In this document: in pieces, positions 24,425-34,566 of the stretch
How positions within the stretch are numbered: the first letter of the stretch is position 1
Layout of the letters: every line of letters begins with the position of its first letter
DNA from: a virus
Reading direction: 5' to 3' (one strand)
DNA: 64,000 bases
Virus record (IMG/VR): IMGVR_UViG_3300025009_000011
Translations under genes and position numbers: made by a program
Notes under the pieces: model-generated
The model's database searches: none
What the model saw: the letters and a program-made list of their open reading frames with translations, nothing else
Told to the model about the DNA's origin: nothing

Positions 24425-25459
24425 TTAAATTAGGGATAGCTGTTGGATACCGTTTTTAAGTCCAATCCATTCGTGTATTTTGGATAGTCTTTCTTCACTA
24501 AAGAAGGGTTGTCGCCTGTACCAAGTTTCCATATCGCTTTTATGTTTGCTGGAATTAACGCTTTTCTCACAGATGACAATATTTTGCCTAACATAATGCC
24601 CACCCTTACTCACGGGTATTACATGATCTTGACTAACTGAGTTCATTGGGAGTCCGGTATAGGTATCTTTATGGTTAAAGAAATTCAAGCAATCTTCTAA
24701 GTCTTTACTAGAAAAAGTTGATATAAGCAATCTTTCTTTCGCCTTTCGCTTTTGCTTCCATATGTTACGTATTCCTTTATGGGTGGCAAGCCATATCTTT
24801 TGCGTCTTAGCCAACTTTCCTTTATTATTAGCTCGATATTTTCTAGAACGCACGATATCTTTTGCCCTTATAGCCTCCTTATTGGATATACCGTATTGCT
24901 TAACCTTTACAAGAACTGTTTCGCGATTATCCTTATAGTAATCACTACTGCGTTGTATTATCACATCCCTATTATCTTTGTAATACTGTCTGTCGTATTC
25001 ATCCCATTTCTCTTTATTTTCTTCGCGGTATTGAGCAGATTGGAGATTACGGCATTTTTTACAAGTCCCCTCTATATTATTCTTGCGGCCCTTATGGACT
25101 GAAAAATATTCCTTAGTCGCTGGGAATTCCCCACCGCATTTAATGCACACTCTATGCGTTTCAATATCATTGGAAATGGAAAATTTTTTACCCTCACACT
25201 CCTTGCACGCAGAATGAAGGGCATCGCACGTATTAACGTTAGCAAAAAAATGAAACTTATCGGCGGGTAATTCGCGATTACACCTACTACATAACTTATA
25301 ACCATGCATCACTAAAATTTTAGGTTTTGAAAATTTAGATCCATTACATTCCTTGCAGGAAGATCGTAAGTTGTCCTTGGTGTTTTGGACGATGTAAAAA
25401 TGAAATCCGTCCGCAGGGAGTTCCCTTTTACACCTACAACAAGTCTTTACTCCATACAT
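24425..25459 (-). CDS. HNH endonuclease with three CxxC..LPADxFHF..CKEC zinc modules
   Basis: C-terminal DHVIPVSKGGHYVRQNIVICEKSVNSSKHKSDMETWY. Its tail is paralogous to 41295-42896. Confidence 0.8.
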   Translation of the reverse strand: MYGVKTCCRCKRELPADGFHFYIVQNTKDNLRSSCKECNGSKFSKPKILVMHGYKLCSRCNRELPADKFHFFANVNTCDALHSACKECEGKKFSISNDIETHRVCIKCGGEFPATKEYFSVHKGRKNNIEGTCKKCRNLQSAQYREENKEKWDEYDRQYYKDNRDVIIQRSSDYYKDNRETVLVKVKQYGISNKEAIRAKDIVRSRKYRANNKGKLAKTQKIWLATHKGIRNIWKQKRKAKERLLISTFSSKDLEDCLNFFNHKDTYTGLPMNSVSQDHVIPVSKGGHYVRQNIVICEKSVNSSKHKSDMETWYRRQPFFSEERLSKIHEWIGLKNGIQQLSLI

Positions 25460-25623
25460 AACAAAGCATCCCCCAGGGCGTGTAATGAGAAAAGTTCACC
25501 TAAGTATTTTGGATCTGCTAAAACAATACCATCAGCGACAACGAATTTAAAATATCCTCTTAGGTTCCAAATTACTACCTCCTTCTCTTTTCCTTCTATG
25601 GTAATTACGTTTGGGTAATCCAT
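25447..25623 (-). CDS. 58-aa hypothetical protein
   Basis: ATG 25623 follows GAGGGAGGAA. MDYPNVITIEGKEKEVVIWNLRGYFKFVVADGIVLADPKYL resembles 13018-13227. Confidence 0.45.
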   Translation of the reverse strand: MDYPNVITIEGKEKEVVIWNLRGYFKFVVADGIVLADPKYLGELFSLHALGDALLCME

Positions 25624-25751
25624 GACAAATTCCTCCCTCTTTTGCCCTTGCCGAAAAAGGAGGCACCTGATAAAATAAGGTGAAACGTTCCTTTGCGGAG
25701 GGCTGTTTATCTGGGAATCTTGAATCTCTTGGTCGGGGTGCAAGGTTCCCT

Positions 25752-25925
25752 TTAGTTTTTACTTTTTTCCTCAAGCCACTTTTGAACCTTTACCTTTTCA
25801 TACCTGACGGTGTTTCCAAACCTTACAAAAGGAAGTCCAAGTCTACGCCAGTTATTGGCCGTGTTTTTACTGATTTTCAACCACTGACATAATTCTTCGG
25901 TTGTGATATATTCATCTTCGATAAT
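25752..25925 (-). CDS. excisionase/MerR-type HTH protein (non-ATG start)
   Basis: IIEDEYITTEELCQWLKISKNTANNWRRLGLPFVRFGNTVRYEKVKVQKWLEE. Strong SD GGAAGGAGTGAGG, but only ATT/ATC are available as a start. Confidence 0.45.
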   Translation of the reverse strand: MIEDEYITTEELCQWLKISKNTANNWRRLGLPFVRFGNTVRYEKVKVQKWLEEKSKN

Positions 25926-26008
25926 ACCTCACTCCTTCCTAAATACAATTATATGTCACAACTCATCACAAGTCAACATATATTACACAAGAAAGGATAT
26001 GTCCTATT

Positions 26009-26266
26009 ATGAGTAATGACGATTGGTTATCAAGGAAGTTTTGGGAGAAAGTAATTATATCTATAGAATTTTTAATATTCATTAGTATGGCATTTTTGCT
26101 TTATGCAATAGCGTCTAAATTAACAAACTCAGGAATTGATATTGGACCAATAACAGGAATTGTCTTTCAAATACTTTTTACTATATTCATAATTTATGCC
26201 AACAAAAATTTTATGGCGGAATTGAACAGAAGGTTTCCGATTCAGAAAAGATGGGAGCAGGATTAA
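26009..26266 (+). CDS. small integral membrane protein
   Basis: Two or three hydrophobic helices. An isolated + strand gene with its own terminator. Confidence 0.5.
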   Translation: MSNDDWLSRKFWEKVIISIEFLIFISMAFLLYAIASKLTNSGIDIGPITGIVFQILFTIFIIYANKNFMAELNRRFPIQKRWEQD

Positions 26267-26279
26267 TTTCCTGCTCTTT
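26255..26279. terminator. hairpin between convergent genes
   Basis: GAGCAGG pairs with CCTGCTC. Confidence 0.45.
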
Positions 26280-29200
26280 ACTTATTCCATAACTTCTTCG
26301 CGCCATTTTCGACGGATTGCATTGCCTTTGCATCTTTGGCTGCAACTGCTTTACCTGTTAAATTAATCATTTCCGTCTTAATCTCTTTAATCTTGGCGTC
26401 CTTCATAGGATCGTCACTTGCTTGAATAGAGTTAATTAGCTTAGTCCCCCTGCTCAGCGCATCGCTAACTCCGTTCATTGAATTACGCATATCCTCTTCA
26501 GGAGTTAACTTCTTGCTAGGTATTTTACCGAGAATGTTTTTATCCACTGCGGATGCAGATAATTTGTCTAGTTTATCAAAGAAGTCTGTAGTGGATTGAT
26601 TACTGAATGTCGGGTCTGCCACGAATTGAGTGGATAATGTTTTCTTTGCACTTCCCCCCGGTGTAACCAACGGAGATCCAAGTTGACCTATTACTCCGGT
26701 GTACGACTTAACGAGATAGTCAATCTGCTTAGGCGATAACCCTCCTTCGACCACATTGTTGCTTAATTCACCAATAGCCTTGGCGATAGAAGTAGTTTTC
26801 TCGTCATATTGAAGATAGGGAGAACGCTTGTCCATGAGCATACCTTGGGGAACTATGGCCCGATTAGCAAAGTCCTTATTAGTTGCAATATTCCATGTAG
26901 CAGGAGAAATGAAGTTACTGTCAATTGGATTGGCAGGAGAAAAGCTAGTAGCTAAGGAATTACCGAATCCTTTGAAGGAATTTTCCTGTCCTTCAGCCTT
27001 TCTAGCTACTCTCTCAAGAAGAGATCCGAATAACACTCCCAATTCTCTTGATTTAGGGATTTTTATAAAAGTTCCATCCTCTTTAGGAATTAAAAAGTTG
27101 TTATCCTTGGTGCGATTATCTAATGCCTGATAGTTTGGGTTATCCTTATTCACCATGTAGAGCGCAATTTCAGGGGTTGATATTGCCGCACCTGATTTAA
27201 CTATTGTTTTAAGCGCGGACTTAGGGCTAATGAATCCGCGAAAGAACTTATCTAGACCGGCTACCCCTGCCGCCAAATAAGGTACTCCCTTGTCTGCGGT
27301 TTTTGTCAAATTACCACTTCTAGAGAAATTTACAGTAACATCGTTAGACGCGAACAGGGCATCAGTAATATTTCCGGTCTTTTCAAGCACCCTATTGAAT
27401 TCAGCTAAACGAGGTATGGATTCCGTAAGGTTATTAAATTTTTCAACGGACTTAATTGGATGAAGGACTATATCGGCAGTGCCTGTTACTATTTTTCCAA
27501 TTCTTCCGTCCCCAGCCTTGCTTGACACATTATTTATAAGCGTGTCTCGCTTCCCGATATTAGTTAGCTTTCCGGCTGATCTTGCTACATCTCCAGAATT
27601 AAAGAAGTTTGACCCTCCGCCTCCGACCGCGTTATATTTTTGCAATCGTGGACCATTGGTTAATATATCTTTCCCGGCCCCAATAAGTCCCACACCAAAC
27701 TTAAGTGGATTAGATTCACTGCCATATATATACGCCGTAGGTATATCCCTGAAAATGTTTCTTATGGCAAAAAGTGGGTTTTTCTGAGTTATTAGACCCT
27801 TGAATCCGTTTGTCAAAGTATCCAGAACAGGTATTTTACCAATAGACTTCGGTAGACCATTCATTGAATCGAGTAACATCTTATCGTTAATTTTTAAATA
27901 AGTTGGCTTGCCATCTTCTAAAACAGAGATAACATTATCTGTATTCGCGAACATCCCATCTTTGGTGGCAACAACCTCAGCAAGTGGTTTCATCTTTTCG
28001 GGAGAAGTTCTGACGGATTCAAGCAAGCTCTGACCGACCTCGTTGTATTTAGCGGCCCTCACTGTGCGATTAACTAATTGCATAATATTTTCTACAGGGT
28101 CAATTATGTCCCTCTCTGATCCGGTAGCCTTACGAATTGGAGTGCGTTGGCCTGCAAACTTTTGGGACACATTATCGGGAATAGCTTTTTCTAGTTCGCT
28201 AAAATCCCTTTGAGTTGGGAAATAGGATTTATAGGTTTCTCGTAATCCTTTGTAGAGATCCTTGTTAACGATTCCAGTATCTACGCCCCACGTTTTCATA
28301 AAAGAATCAAGCCAATTAACAATGCCATCCCCAACCGTCTTATACTCGGGATGTGCCTCTTCTGCAATCCTAACAGCATCAGTAGACATTTCCGGCGTAT
28401 AGTTCGCCTGAACGGACTTTCCCTCCCTTGATCGGTCAATATTATGCCGTTGACTCATATAGGTCCAGAAGTCCTTCTCTTGCCCCTTGGGGATAGCCTC
28501 TACCGTTTTCCTTAAGGATCCACCGACTGGATTGCCCTCTTTATCTACAAGAGCAGTAAGGAAGTTGTGATCAACGATTCCGCTAACATTCCTCGTATTA
28601 CTTGCTAGTTTTCCGATATCGGACTCGGCAACCTTTCCGGCATTAACAATAGGTTGTTGAGTATTAACCGTGGCAGTATAGAATTTATTTAATGCCTCCC
28701 TAAATCCTATTTTTTCTTTTGGCTTACCAATAACGATCTTGCTTTGTGGTTCGGGAAGTTCGGTAATCCCAACAGGTTCAACTCTCGGAACACTCACCCC
28801 GCCCGGCCCCTTCAACCTCATCATACCCCCCGGGCTCTCAATCGCAGCCGCAGCACTTCCACTACCCAAAGGCTTAATCGGTTCGCCGATCGGAGCAGGA
28901 TTCCCAACCTTTGGCATCCCCACACCCTCATCGGGTATCAATGTTCCCCTAATCCTTTGGTCCGGCTCTATCTGAAATCTATTGAGTGGTCCACCTGTCG
29001 GAAGTTCAATCCTTGGGGAAGAAAGTTCTTGCTGTAGTTGCGATGTCTGAATAGGCTCTCTAGGGCGTAAGGATGGCTCTATGACAGGGGCTTGCGTAAT
29101 TGGTTCCAACGGTACACCGCGAGGCTTTAACCCTCCCACAGCCTTGCTTATGCCCTTACCTAGCAAAGAACCTGCTCCGTGCAAAGTAGCTCCGCCCAAT

Positions 29201-29871
29201 GCCATCAATGGAGCTTCCTTGAGTCTACCAGCGAATCCCTCTATACCCTCTCCGTCGACTACGCTTTCAGCCGCATTGATTGGTAGAGCGTATGTCGATC
29301 CCGCCCTTACCCCTGTTCCGAGTGCAGGGATTAACGCTTTAGGTATAACGCTAGTAGCCTTCGCAATCGGTGCAGTTTTAGCCAATGCGGATAGGGGCTT
29401 CGCTAGTGCGGCATCTCCGGTCAACCATAGAGGAAGATCGGAAAGGTTACTCCCTGCAAAAGATACTGCCTTTTCTCCTAAAGTTTTCTGTTCGGGAAGA
29501 GTTGATAAGTCAACATCCTTGCCTGCTATCTTTTCAGCCAAAGGAGTTAACGCCCGACCCGCCAATGAGCCAAGCGTTCCCTTTATCCATGCCGCCTTAT
29601 AGTTTGGTTCTTCTGGTTGAGTAGGGGCATCCGTTGGTTCATGAGAAGAAAGTAATTCATCCATGCCAATCGGAGAAGAAGGTAAATAATTAGGCAAGGT
29701 ATCGCTATCCTCTGCTTTGCGGAAATCAGCTATAGAAGATAATCTCCCTGGTTCTTCCTGTTCCTTCGGTTCATCCAATCCAAAGTACGAATAGGGATTG
29801 GGTGCAACTTTATTGCGCTCGTTTTTTTCATCCAGATTATTTAGTCCAAAGTAAGAATATGGGTCGTTCAT
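26278..29871 (-). CDS. large virion-associated protein (1197 aa), function unknown
   Basis: Last and largest gene of the structural operon. The N-terminus has duplicated PYSYFGL motifs. No tape-measure-like features that I can see. Confidence 0.6.
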   Translation of the reverse strand: MNDPYSYFGLNNLDEKNERNKVAPNPYSYFGLDEPKEQEEPGRLSSIADFRKAEDSDTLPNYLPSSPIGMDELLSSHEPTDAPTQPEEPNYKAAWIKGTLGSLAGRALTPLAEKIAGKDVDLSTLPEQKTLGEKAVSFAGSNLSDLPLWLTGDAALAKPLSALAKTAPIAKATSVIPKALIPALGTGVRAGSTYALPINAAESVVDGEGIEGFAGRLKEAPLMALGGATLHGAGSLLGKGISKAVGGLKPRGVPLEPITQAPVIEPSLRPREPIQTSQLQQELSSPRIELPTGGPLNRFQIEPDQRIRGTLIPDEGVGMPKVGNPAPIGEPIKPLGSGSAAAAIESPGGMMRLKGPGGVSVPRVEPVGITELPEPQSKIVIGKPKEKIGFREALNKFYTATVNTQQPIVNAGKVAESDIGKLASNTRNVSGIVDHNFLTALVDKEGNPVGGSLRKTVEAIPKGQEKDFWTYMSQRHNIDRSREGKSVQANYTPEMSTDAVRIAEEAHPEYKTVGDGIVNWLDSFMKTWGVDTGIVNKDLYKGLRETYKSYFPTQRDFSELEKAIPDNVSQKFAGQRTPIRKATGSERDIIDPVENIMQLVNRTVRAAKYNEVGQSLLESVRTSPEKMKPLAEVVATKDGMFANTDNVISVLEDGKPTYLKINDKMLLDSMNGLPKSIGKIPVLDTLTNGFKGLITQKNPLFAIRNIFRDIPTAYIYGSESNPLKFGVGLIGAGKDILTNGPRLQKYNAVGGGGSNFFNSGDVARSAGKLTNIGKRDTLINNVSSKAGDGRIGKIVTGTADIVLHPIKSVEKFNNLTESIPRLAEFNRVLEKTGNITDALFASNDVTVNFSRSGNLTKTADKGVPYLAAGVAGLDKFFRGFISPKSALKTIVKSGAAISTPEIALYMVNKDNPNYQALDNRTKDNNFLIPKEDGTFIKIPKSRELGVLFGSLLERVARKAEGQENSFKGFGNSLATSFSPANPIDSNFISPATWNIATNKDFANRAIVPQGMLMDKRSPYLQYDEKTTSIAKAIGELSNNVVEGGLSPKQIDYLVKSYTGVIGQLGSPLVTPGGSAKKTLSTQFVADPTFSNQSTTDFFDKLDKLSASAVDKNILGKIPSKKLTPEEDMRNSMNGVSDALSRGTKLINSIQASDDPMKDAKIKEIKTEMINLTGKAVAAKDAKAMQSVENGAKKLWNK

Positions 29872-29883
29872 TCTCTCATCTCC

Positions 29884-31431
29884 TTACCTTGACGTTGGGT
29901 CAAAGCCTGGGTATCTTCTTCGCTTTGTGTAATCACCTATATCCAGAAGGTCAACACCCTTGTTGGCGAATATAGAAGCGTTAGACCTGAAGTAATTTAA
30001 AATTTCATCCTCACCCTTGCCCTGCGCGTCCATTGAGTCAACAAGCGCAATTGCTTGGTTTTGTGCAATTTTAGCATCCTGGCCGGATACCTCACTAGGC
30101 TTTAATGCCTTAGTTTTTAACGGAGCTATTTTCACATTCCCCAAAATACTAGGCACATAATTTTGCGTTTCGCTTGTCAAGTATTTAGACACATCACTCC
30201 AATTTCTACTTCCAGCCTTACTAATAGCATTATCCACAGCACCAGGTCCAGCATTATAAGCCGCCAACGCTAATTCATTGTTTCCATATTTCTGCAGTTG
30301 TTGGCTAAGGTATTTCGTCCCGCCCATTATGTTCTGATCAACGCTAGAGGTATCAGTTACCCCCAACTCCCTCGCGGTACCAGGCATAAGTTGCATTATC
30401 CCACTTGCTCCCGCAGAACTGATTGCGCTAGGATTCCCTCCGCTCTCCTGATTAATAACCGCACTGATAAGTCCGGGTGACACTCCGTACTGTTGAGCGT
30501 ATTTATTGATCGATGATGAGTATTCGCCCACACTTGCGCCGCCTCCGCTACTAGGCCACTCACCCGTTACATTCAACTCATTCACGTTGGCATTTTGTTG
30601 CGAAATCTTACGATTTTCAGAATCACTGTAATTACCAGAATTCAATGCGTCATACTTATACTGATTATCGAGAGTATCCTTCGACATGGTGTAGTCGAAG
30701 TTTTTCTGCTTCCATTCATCGTCAAGCGCATCTTGCCTAAGTTTTTCATCATACTTTTTCTGCTCAAGCGTATCCATACCGAGGTATTTCCCTGTTGCCA
30801 CCGATGTCTTTACCGGGATGTCTACCATATCTTTGGCTTGATTTATTTCCATCTGTTGACGGGCCAGCGTTGGGATACCTCTATCTGAATCTACCCTAGG
30901 CGCAGCGTTTTGAGCTATAGCAGCCCGAGTCTGTGACGAAAGATCACCACTGTACTCGTTGTAGGCCTGTCGAGTACCGACAGCGTCCTGCCCAAATACA
31001 CGTTGTGCCCCGTTTAGCTGTTCATCTGTTACGCCTGTACCGGTGCCGCCTAAAAATACATCTCGTGCTGACAATTGAGTTTTACCCGGAACATAAAGAT
31101 TTACATTTCGACCCTTGTTTGCGTCTACGTCTGCTTGTAGACCATAAGTCCTTGAGCCTGAACTGTCAGGTTGGTCAGGCGCAGCATTTGTTGGGGTTCC
31201 ATTTTCGATGCTGTTTAGATATTGTTCTAAGCCGTACGAAGTATCTTCGGAAGTATCGCCATGTACTCTTGTAGCTCCGTTTAATTGAGAATCATCAATG
31301 CCTGTTCCAGGGCCACCGAGAAATATATCTTGCGCGGTAAGCTTGGTTTGCCCTGGAATATATAATTGAACATTCTTCCCTTTGTTGACCAAGACATCAT
31401 CCTGTAGGCCATAAATAGCCACGCTCATCAT
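29884..31431 (-). CDS. virion protein with lytic transglycosylase (SLT) domain
   Basis: AVINQESGGNPSAISSAGASGIMQLMPGTARELGV, and a duplicated N-terminal YGLQxDV..NKG.NV.LY.PG.T.L.A.D.FLGG.GTG module. Confidence 0.75.
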   Translation of the reverse strand: MMSVAIYGLQDDVLVNKGKNVQLYIPGQTKLTAQDIFLGGPGTGIDDSQLNGATRVHGDTSEDTSYGLEQYLNSIENGTPTNAAPDQPDSSGSRTYGLQADVDANKGRNVNLYVPGKTQLSARDVFLGGTGTGVTDEQLNGAQRVFGQDAVGTRQAYNEYSGDLSSQTRAAIAQNAAPRVDSDRGIPTLARQQMEINQAKDMVDIPVKTSVATGKYLGMDTLEQKKYDEKLRQDALDDEWKQKNFDYTMSKDTLDNQYKYDALNSGNYSDSENRKISQQNANVNELNVTGEWPSSGGGASVGEYSSSINKYAQQYGVSPGLISAVINQESGGNPSAISSAGASGIMQLMPGTARELGVTDTSSVDQNIMGGTKYLSQQLQKYGNNELALAAYNAGPGAVDNAISKAGSRNWSDVSKYLTSETQNYVPSILGNVKIAPLKTKALKPSEVSGQDAKIAQNQAIALVDSMDAQGKGEDEILNYFRSNASIFANKGVDLLDIGDYTKRRRYPGFDPTSR

Positions 31432-31484
31432 CCTTTCTTGAGAAATAGAGAGAGTCGATTAAGACTCTCTCTTGGTACTAGGTG

Positions 31485-31985
31485 TTATGATTGCAGCACT
31501 CCGTTTACGTAGTATTTACGAGCCACCGTATTAGTACCCCCTGTTTTAGTGCTAATTGTTTTCTTCCCGTTATAATAACCAGTCAGCGTTCCTTCTGATA
31601 TCCCATTATCAAAATTGTGCTGCTTCTGCGTTTCTGCAAATTCCTTCGCCCATTGTTCCATCTTGATCTTAAATTCATTCTGTGCGTTAAACTGCGTTCG
31701 TAATTCCATGCCAGGTACTCCGCGATAGGCGTACACGCCCTTACCTGGTCCACCTGCTAACTGGTTGTCAGCGGTCATGTAGACCGTGCTTTTTGGGTTA
31801 TTATATGGATTCCCCGACTTTGTAATGGGTTGGGCTTGAGCTTGAGGTTGAGGTTGGGTTTCTCCCAATCCCGCTTGCATAGCCGCAACCCGATTAGTCG
31901 CCGCAGGATCAGCTCGGCTGGGTATAGGAGTTCCATCCATGTAATATCCGGGTCTATTTGGGTCAACCGCAGCCATGTTTATCAT
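31485..31985 (-). CDS. structural-module hypothetical protein
   Basis: ORF in operon. Confidence 0.5.
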   Translation of the reverse strand: MINMAAVDPNRPGYYMDGTPIPSRADPAATNRVAAMQAGLGETQPQPQAQAQPITKSGNPYNNPKSTVYMTADNQLAGGPGKGVYAYRGVPGMELRTQFNAQNEFKIKMEQWAKEFAETQKQHNFDNGISEGTLTGYYNGKKTISTKTGGTNTVARKYYVNGVLQS

Positions 31986-31991
31986 CCTTTC

Positions 31992-33602
31992 TTATTTCTC
32001 TACGTAGGTAGGCATCCCGTTTATATCGCGTGATTTTTTATATCCCTTGGGAAGGGTTCCGTATCCTATTTGGTCAGAATACATAGGGATATAGTATTTG
32101 TCACCATGCGATTTATAGTATAAGCGATACCCAACTAACTTTGCCCCGGCTGCATTTTTAGAAGGAGCAACCTCATCAGGACCAACAACCTTATAGTTTT
32201 TCCACTGAACCCCAGCTTTATCGGTCGTTGTTCCGTTAAGGTCTAGGGCTATATTACCCGATTTATCAAGAACGTCAGTCTCGGGAGTTTCAATAACAGG
32301 ATCTGCCACATCTACGGGAACTACACTGACTGTCCCATCTGGATTAACGACAGCTCTGTCTGTTCCAGAACTAACGTCTCCACCATAAACCCCAGTTGCA
32401 CCATAAACCGCAATACCATTGTTAAATTCAGTCTGGTCAACGGACGCATTATAATTCAATGCAGTCATAGTATTGCTAAAGCCATTTTGAGCTATTTGAG
32501 CAGCAAGTTGTTCCTTAGATAATCCGAATGACTCAGCAAACTGAGAAGCAGCATCATCGATTTGTTGTTGCGTTTGCGCTGAAGCTACGGCGAATTGAGC
32601 AGCGTTTTGAGCTAGTTGAGCAGCATTCTGATTAGCCTGGTTGGTTATTTGAGTATCGGCTTGACCAGCAGTTCTCTCGAATTGTGATGCCTGATTATCA
32701 ATTTGAGTATCCGATTGACCAGCAGTTCTCTCAAATTGAGAATTAGACTGTGCCAAAGATGTGGCATATTGTGAAACCTGACTATCGATCTGCTGTTGTG
32801 TTTGTGCAGAGGTTACGCCGAATTGACTTGCATTTTGCTCCAAGCCTTGTCTAAACTGCGAAACCTGATTATTAATCTGTTGTTGCGTCATATTAGACGT
32901 AATTCTGAATTGCTCATTTTCCTGAGCTAAAGTGGATGCATACTGTGCCACTTGATTGTTAATTTGTTGCTGCTGAAGCCCTGTCGTCGTGTTGAATTGA
33001 TATTGCTCATCTGCTCGCGCTTGAGCATCTAATACAGCCTTTAACGCTCCGGTTTGCTTGTCTGACTCAAGTTGAGTCCTTAACGCTAATGCTCCATCGT
33101 TGTACTGCGTTGTGCCAAGGGCTAACTTCCCAGCAATGTCATTGAGTGCCGCGACCCTTGCCGAATCCGCTTCAGTCAGAGCATTGCCCGTGGATGTATC
33201 GAAGTTATTTTGGTCACTCTGTATACCTTGCAAGGCACTCTGCCTATTTAAGTCAATCCCCAGCATCTGACTTCGGTTTGCGCCCGAGTTGTATGCTCCA
33301 CCCATTGAATTTAGGGCTTCTGTTCGACGCTGTGTTGCTGCTGCATCTGAGCTGGTAGCGTCTTTTTGAGCTTGATACTTGGGAAGTTGTGTCTGTCGTT
33401 GAAGATTGATCGCATTAGTAGCGCTTTGATAATTATTCGCAACCGTGGCGTTTTGCGCGTTGTAAGCCTGTTGGTCGCTCTCCCATGCTTGACGAAGTAC
33501 ATCTTGCTTAGCGGTAGCCGCCGCCGTTGCGGTTGCATCGTTATAGTCAACAAGAGTTTGCTGATAATCGTCTTGGGGAAGGGTGGTTGTATTCGTAGCC
33601 AT
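31992..33602 (-). CDS. Gln/Asn-rich repeat structural protein
   Basis: Repeated ..TQQQI(D/N)NQVSQ(F/Y)..LAQ.. units, coiled-coil-like. Confidence 0.55.
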   Translation of the reverse strand: MATNTTTLPQDDYQQTLVDYNDATATAAATAKQDVLRQAWESDQQAYNAQNATVANNYQSATNAINLQRQTQLPKYQAQKDATSSDAAATQRRTEALNSMGGAYNSGANRSQMLGIDLNRQSALQGIQSDQNNFDTSTGNALTEADSARVAALNDIAGKLALGTTQYNDGALALRTQLESDKQTGALKAVLDAQARADEQYQFNTTTGLQQQQINNQVAQYASTLAQENEQFRITSNMTQQQINNQVSQFRQGLEQNASQFGVTSAQTQQQIDSQVSQYATSLAQSNSQFERTAGQSDTQIDNQASQFERTAGQADTQITNQANQNAAQLAQNAAQFAVASAQTQQQIDDAASQFAESFGLSKEQLAAQIAQNGFSNTMTALNYNASVDQTEFNNGIAVYGATGVYGGDVSSGTDRAVVNPDGTVSVVPVDVADPVIETPETDVLDKSGNIALDLNGTTTDKAGVQWKNYKVVGPDEVAPSKNAAGAKLVGYRLYYKSHGDKYYIPMYSDQIGYGTLPKGYKKSRDINGMPTYVEK

Positions 33603-33664
33603 GTTCTACCTCCTTTGTAGGAAATGGGCATAAAAATAAGCGTCTCCAATCGCTTTTACCTCGC

Positions 33665-34072
33665 TTATTTTTGATCTGCTTCTTTGTCTCCCAAAACAAT
33701 GTACTTGTTGTTGACAATAGTTATACCTTTAACCCCTAAGTAAATAAGGCAGGGAATACATATCGTCAATGCCACAAATACCATATTTAACATTATGTCA
33801 GTTCGCACATCCCAACTCCTAACTGTTAGGTACTTGCTATATTTAGTCTTTGGAGTGTCGTACTGCTTAAAGTCTGTGATTGATGCCCTATTTTCCGCAA
33901 TTGATTCCGCCGTTGCTTCACGAGAGTAGGGTATTGAATTAGCCAAGCCGAATACTTCCTGTTCAGTCATTAGGTTTATTGGGTATTTGCCACCCTCGAA
34001 CACCACGAACGAAACAAACAGGACGTTGGATATCAATATTGCAAGAACAATCTTAACAAGGTTTTTTCTCAA
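33665..34072 (-). CDS. two-TM membrane protein
   Basis: Hydrophobic N- and C-terminal segments. Confidence 0.45.
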   Translation of the reverse strand: MRKNLVKIVLAILISNVLFVSFVVFEGGKYPINLMTEQEVFGLANSIPYSREATAESIAENRASITDFKQYDTPKTKYSKYLTVRSWDVRTDIMLNMVFVALTICIPCLIYLGVKGITIVNNKYIVLGDKEADQK

Positions 34073-34295
34073 GAATTATCACGGCTTTCTCTTCTGCCGT
34101 AATCCATTCGTTCACGACAAAGGTATCAAGGTCAACTTCGGTGATATGCTCGTCAAAAAGAAGAACACCCATGATTTTTAAGATTTCAAGCCTTGTTAGT
34201 AATCCTTTGGATACGAGCAGAGTTGAGGTTAGAAGGGTTTGAATAGATAATAATCCTTTTTTAATCAGACGAGAGAAAATTGATTCTTTACACAT
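34053..34295 (-). CDS. hypothetical protein
   Basis: ORF in operon. Confidence 0.4.
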   Translation of the reverse strand: MCKESIFSRLIKKGLLSIQTLLTSTLLVSKGLLTRLEILKIMGVLLFDEHITEVDLDTFVVNEWITAEEKAVIILEKKPC

Positions 34296-34566
34296 TTATT
34301 TCCACCCCCTGAAGCATCAACATTTGAGCATACATGATATCGAAGTCATTTTGGATAGATAGAGTTTGTTCTTGCAATAACTCAATTTCTGTTTTTAGCG
34401 GAATCACAGGCGGTAAAATAGGTGGTTCGATGTCTTGTACTTCATAATCATCAATGATACCGCCAAAATTAGGAAGTACATTTAAAATTATTTCCTGCTC
34501 TGTTGTCATATTAGAGGGTACTGTGCCACAAAACTTGCTATCTGATTTTCGTACTATTGTTTGCAT
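34288..34566 (-). CDS. hypothetical protein
   Basis: TAATG coupling to the tail-fibre gene. Confidence 0.4.
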   Translation of the reverse strand: MQTIVRKSDSKFCGTVPSNMTTEQEIILNVLPNFGGIIDDYEVQDIEPPILPPVIPLKTEIELLQEQTLSIQNDFDIMYAQMLMLQGVEINV

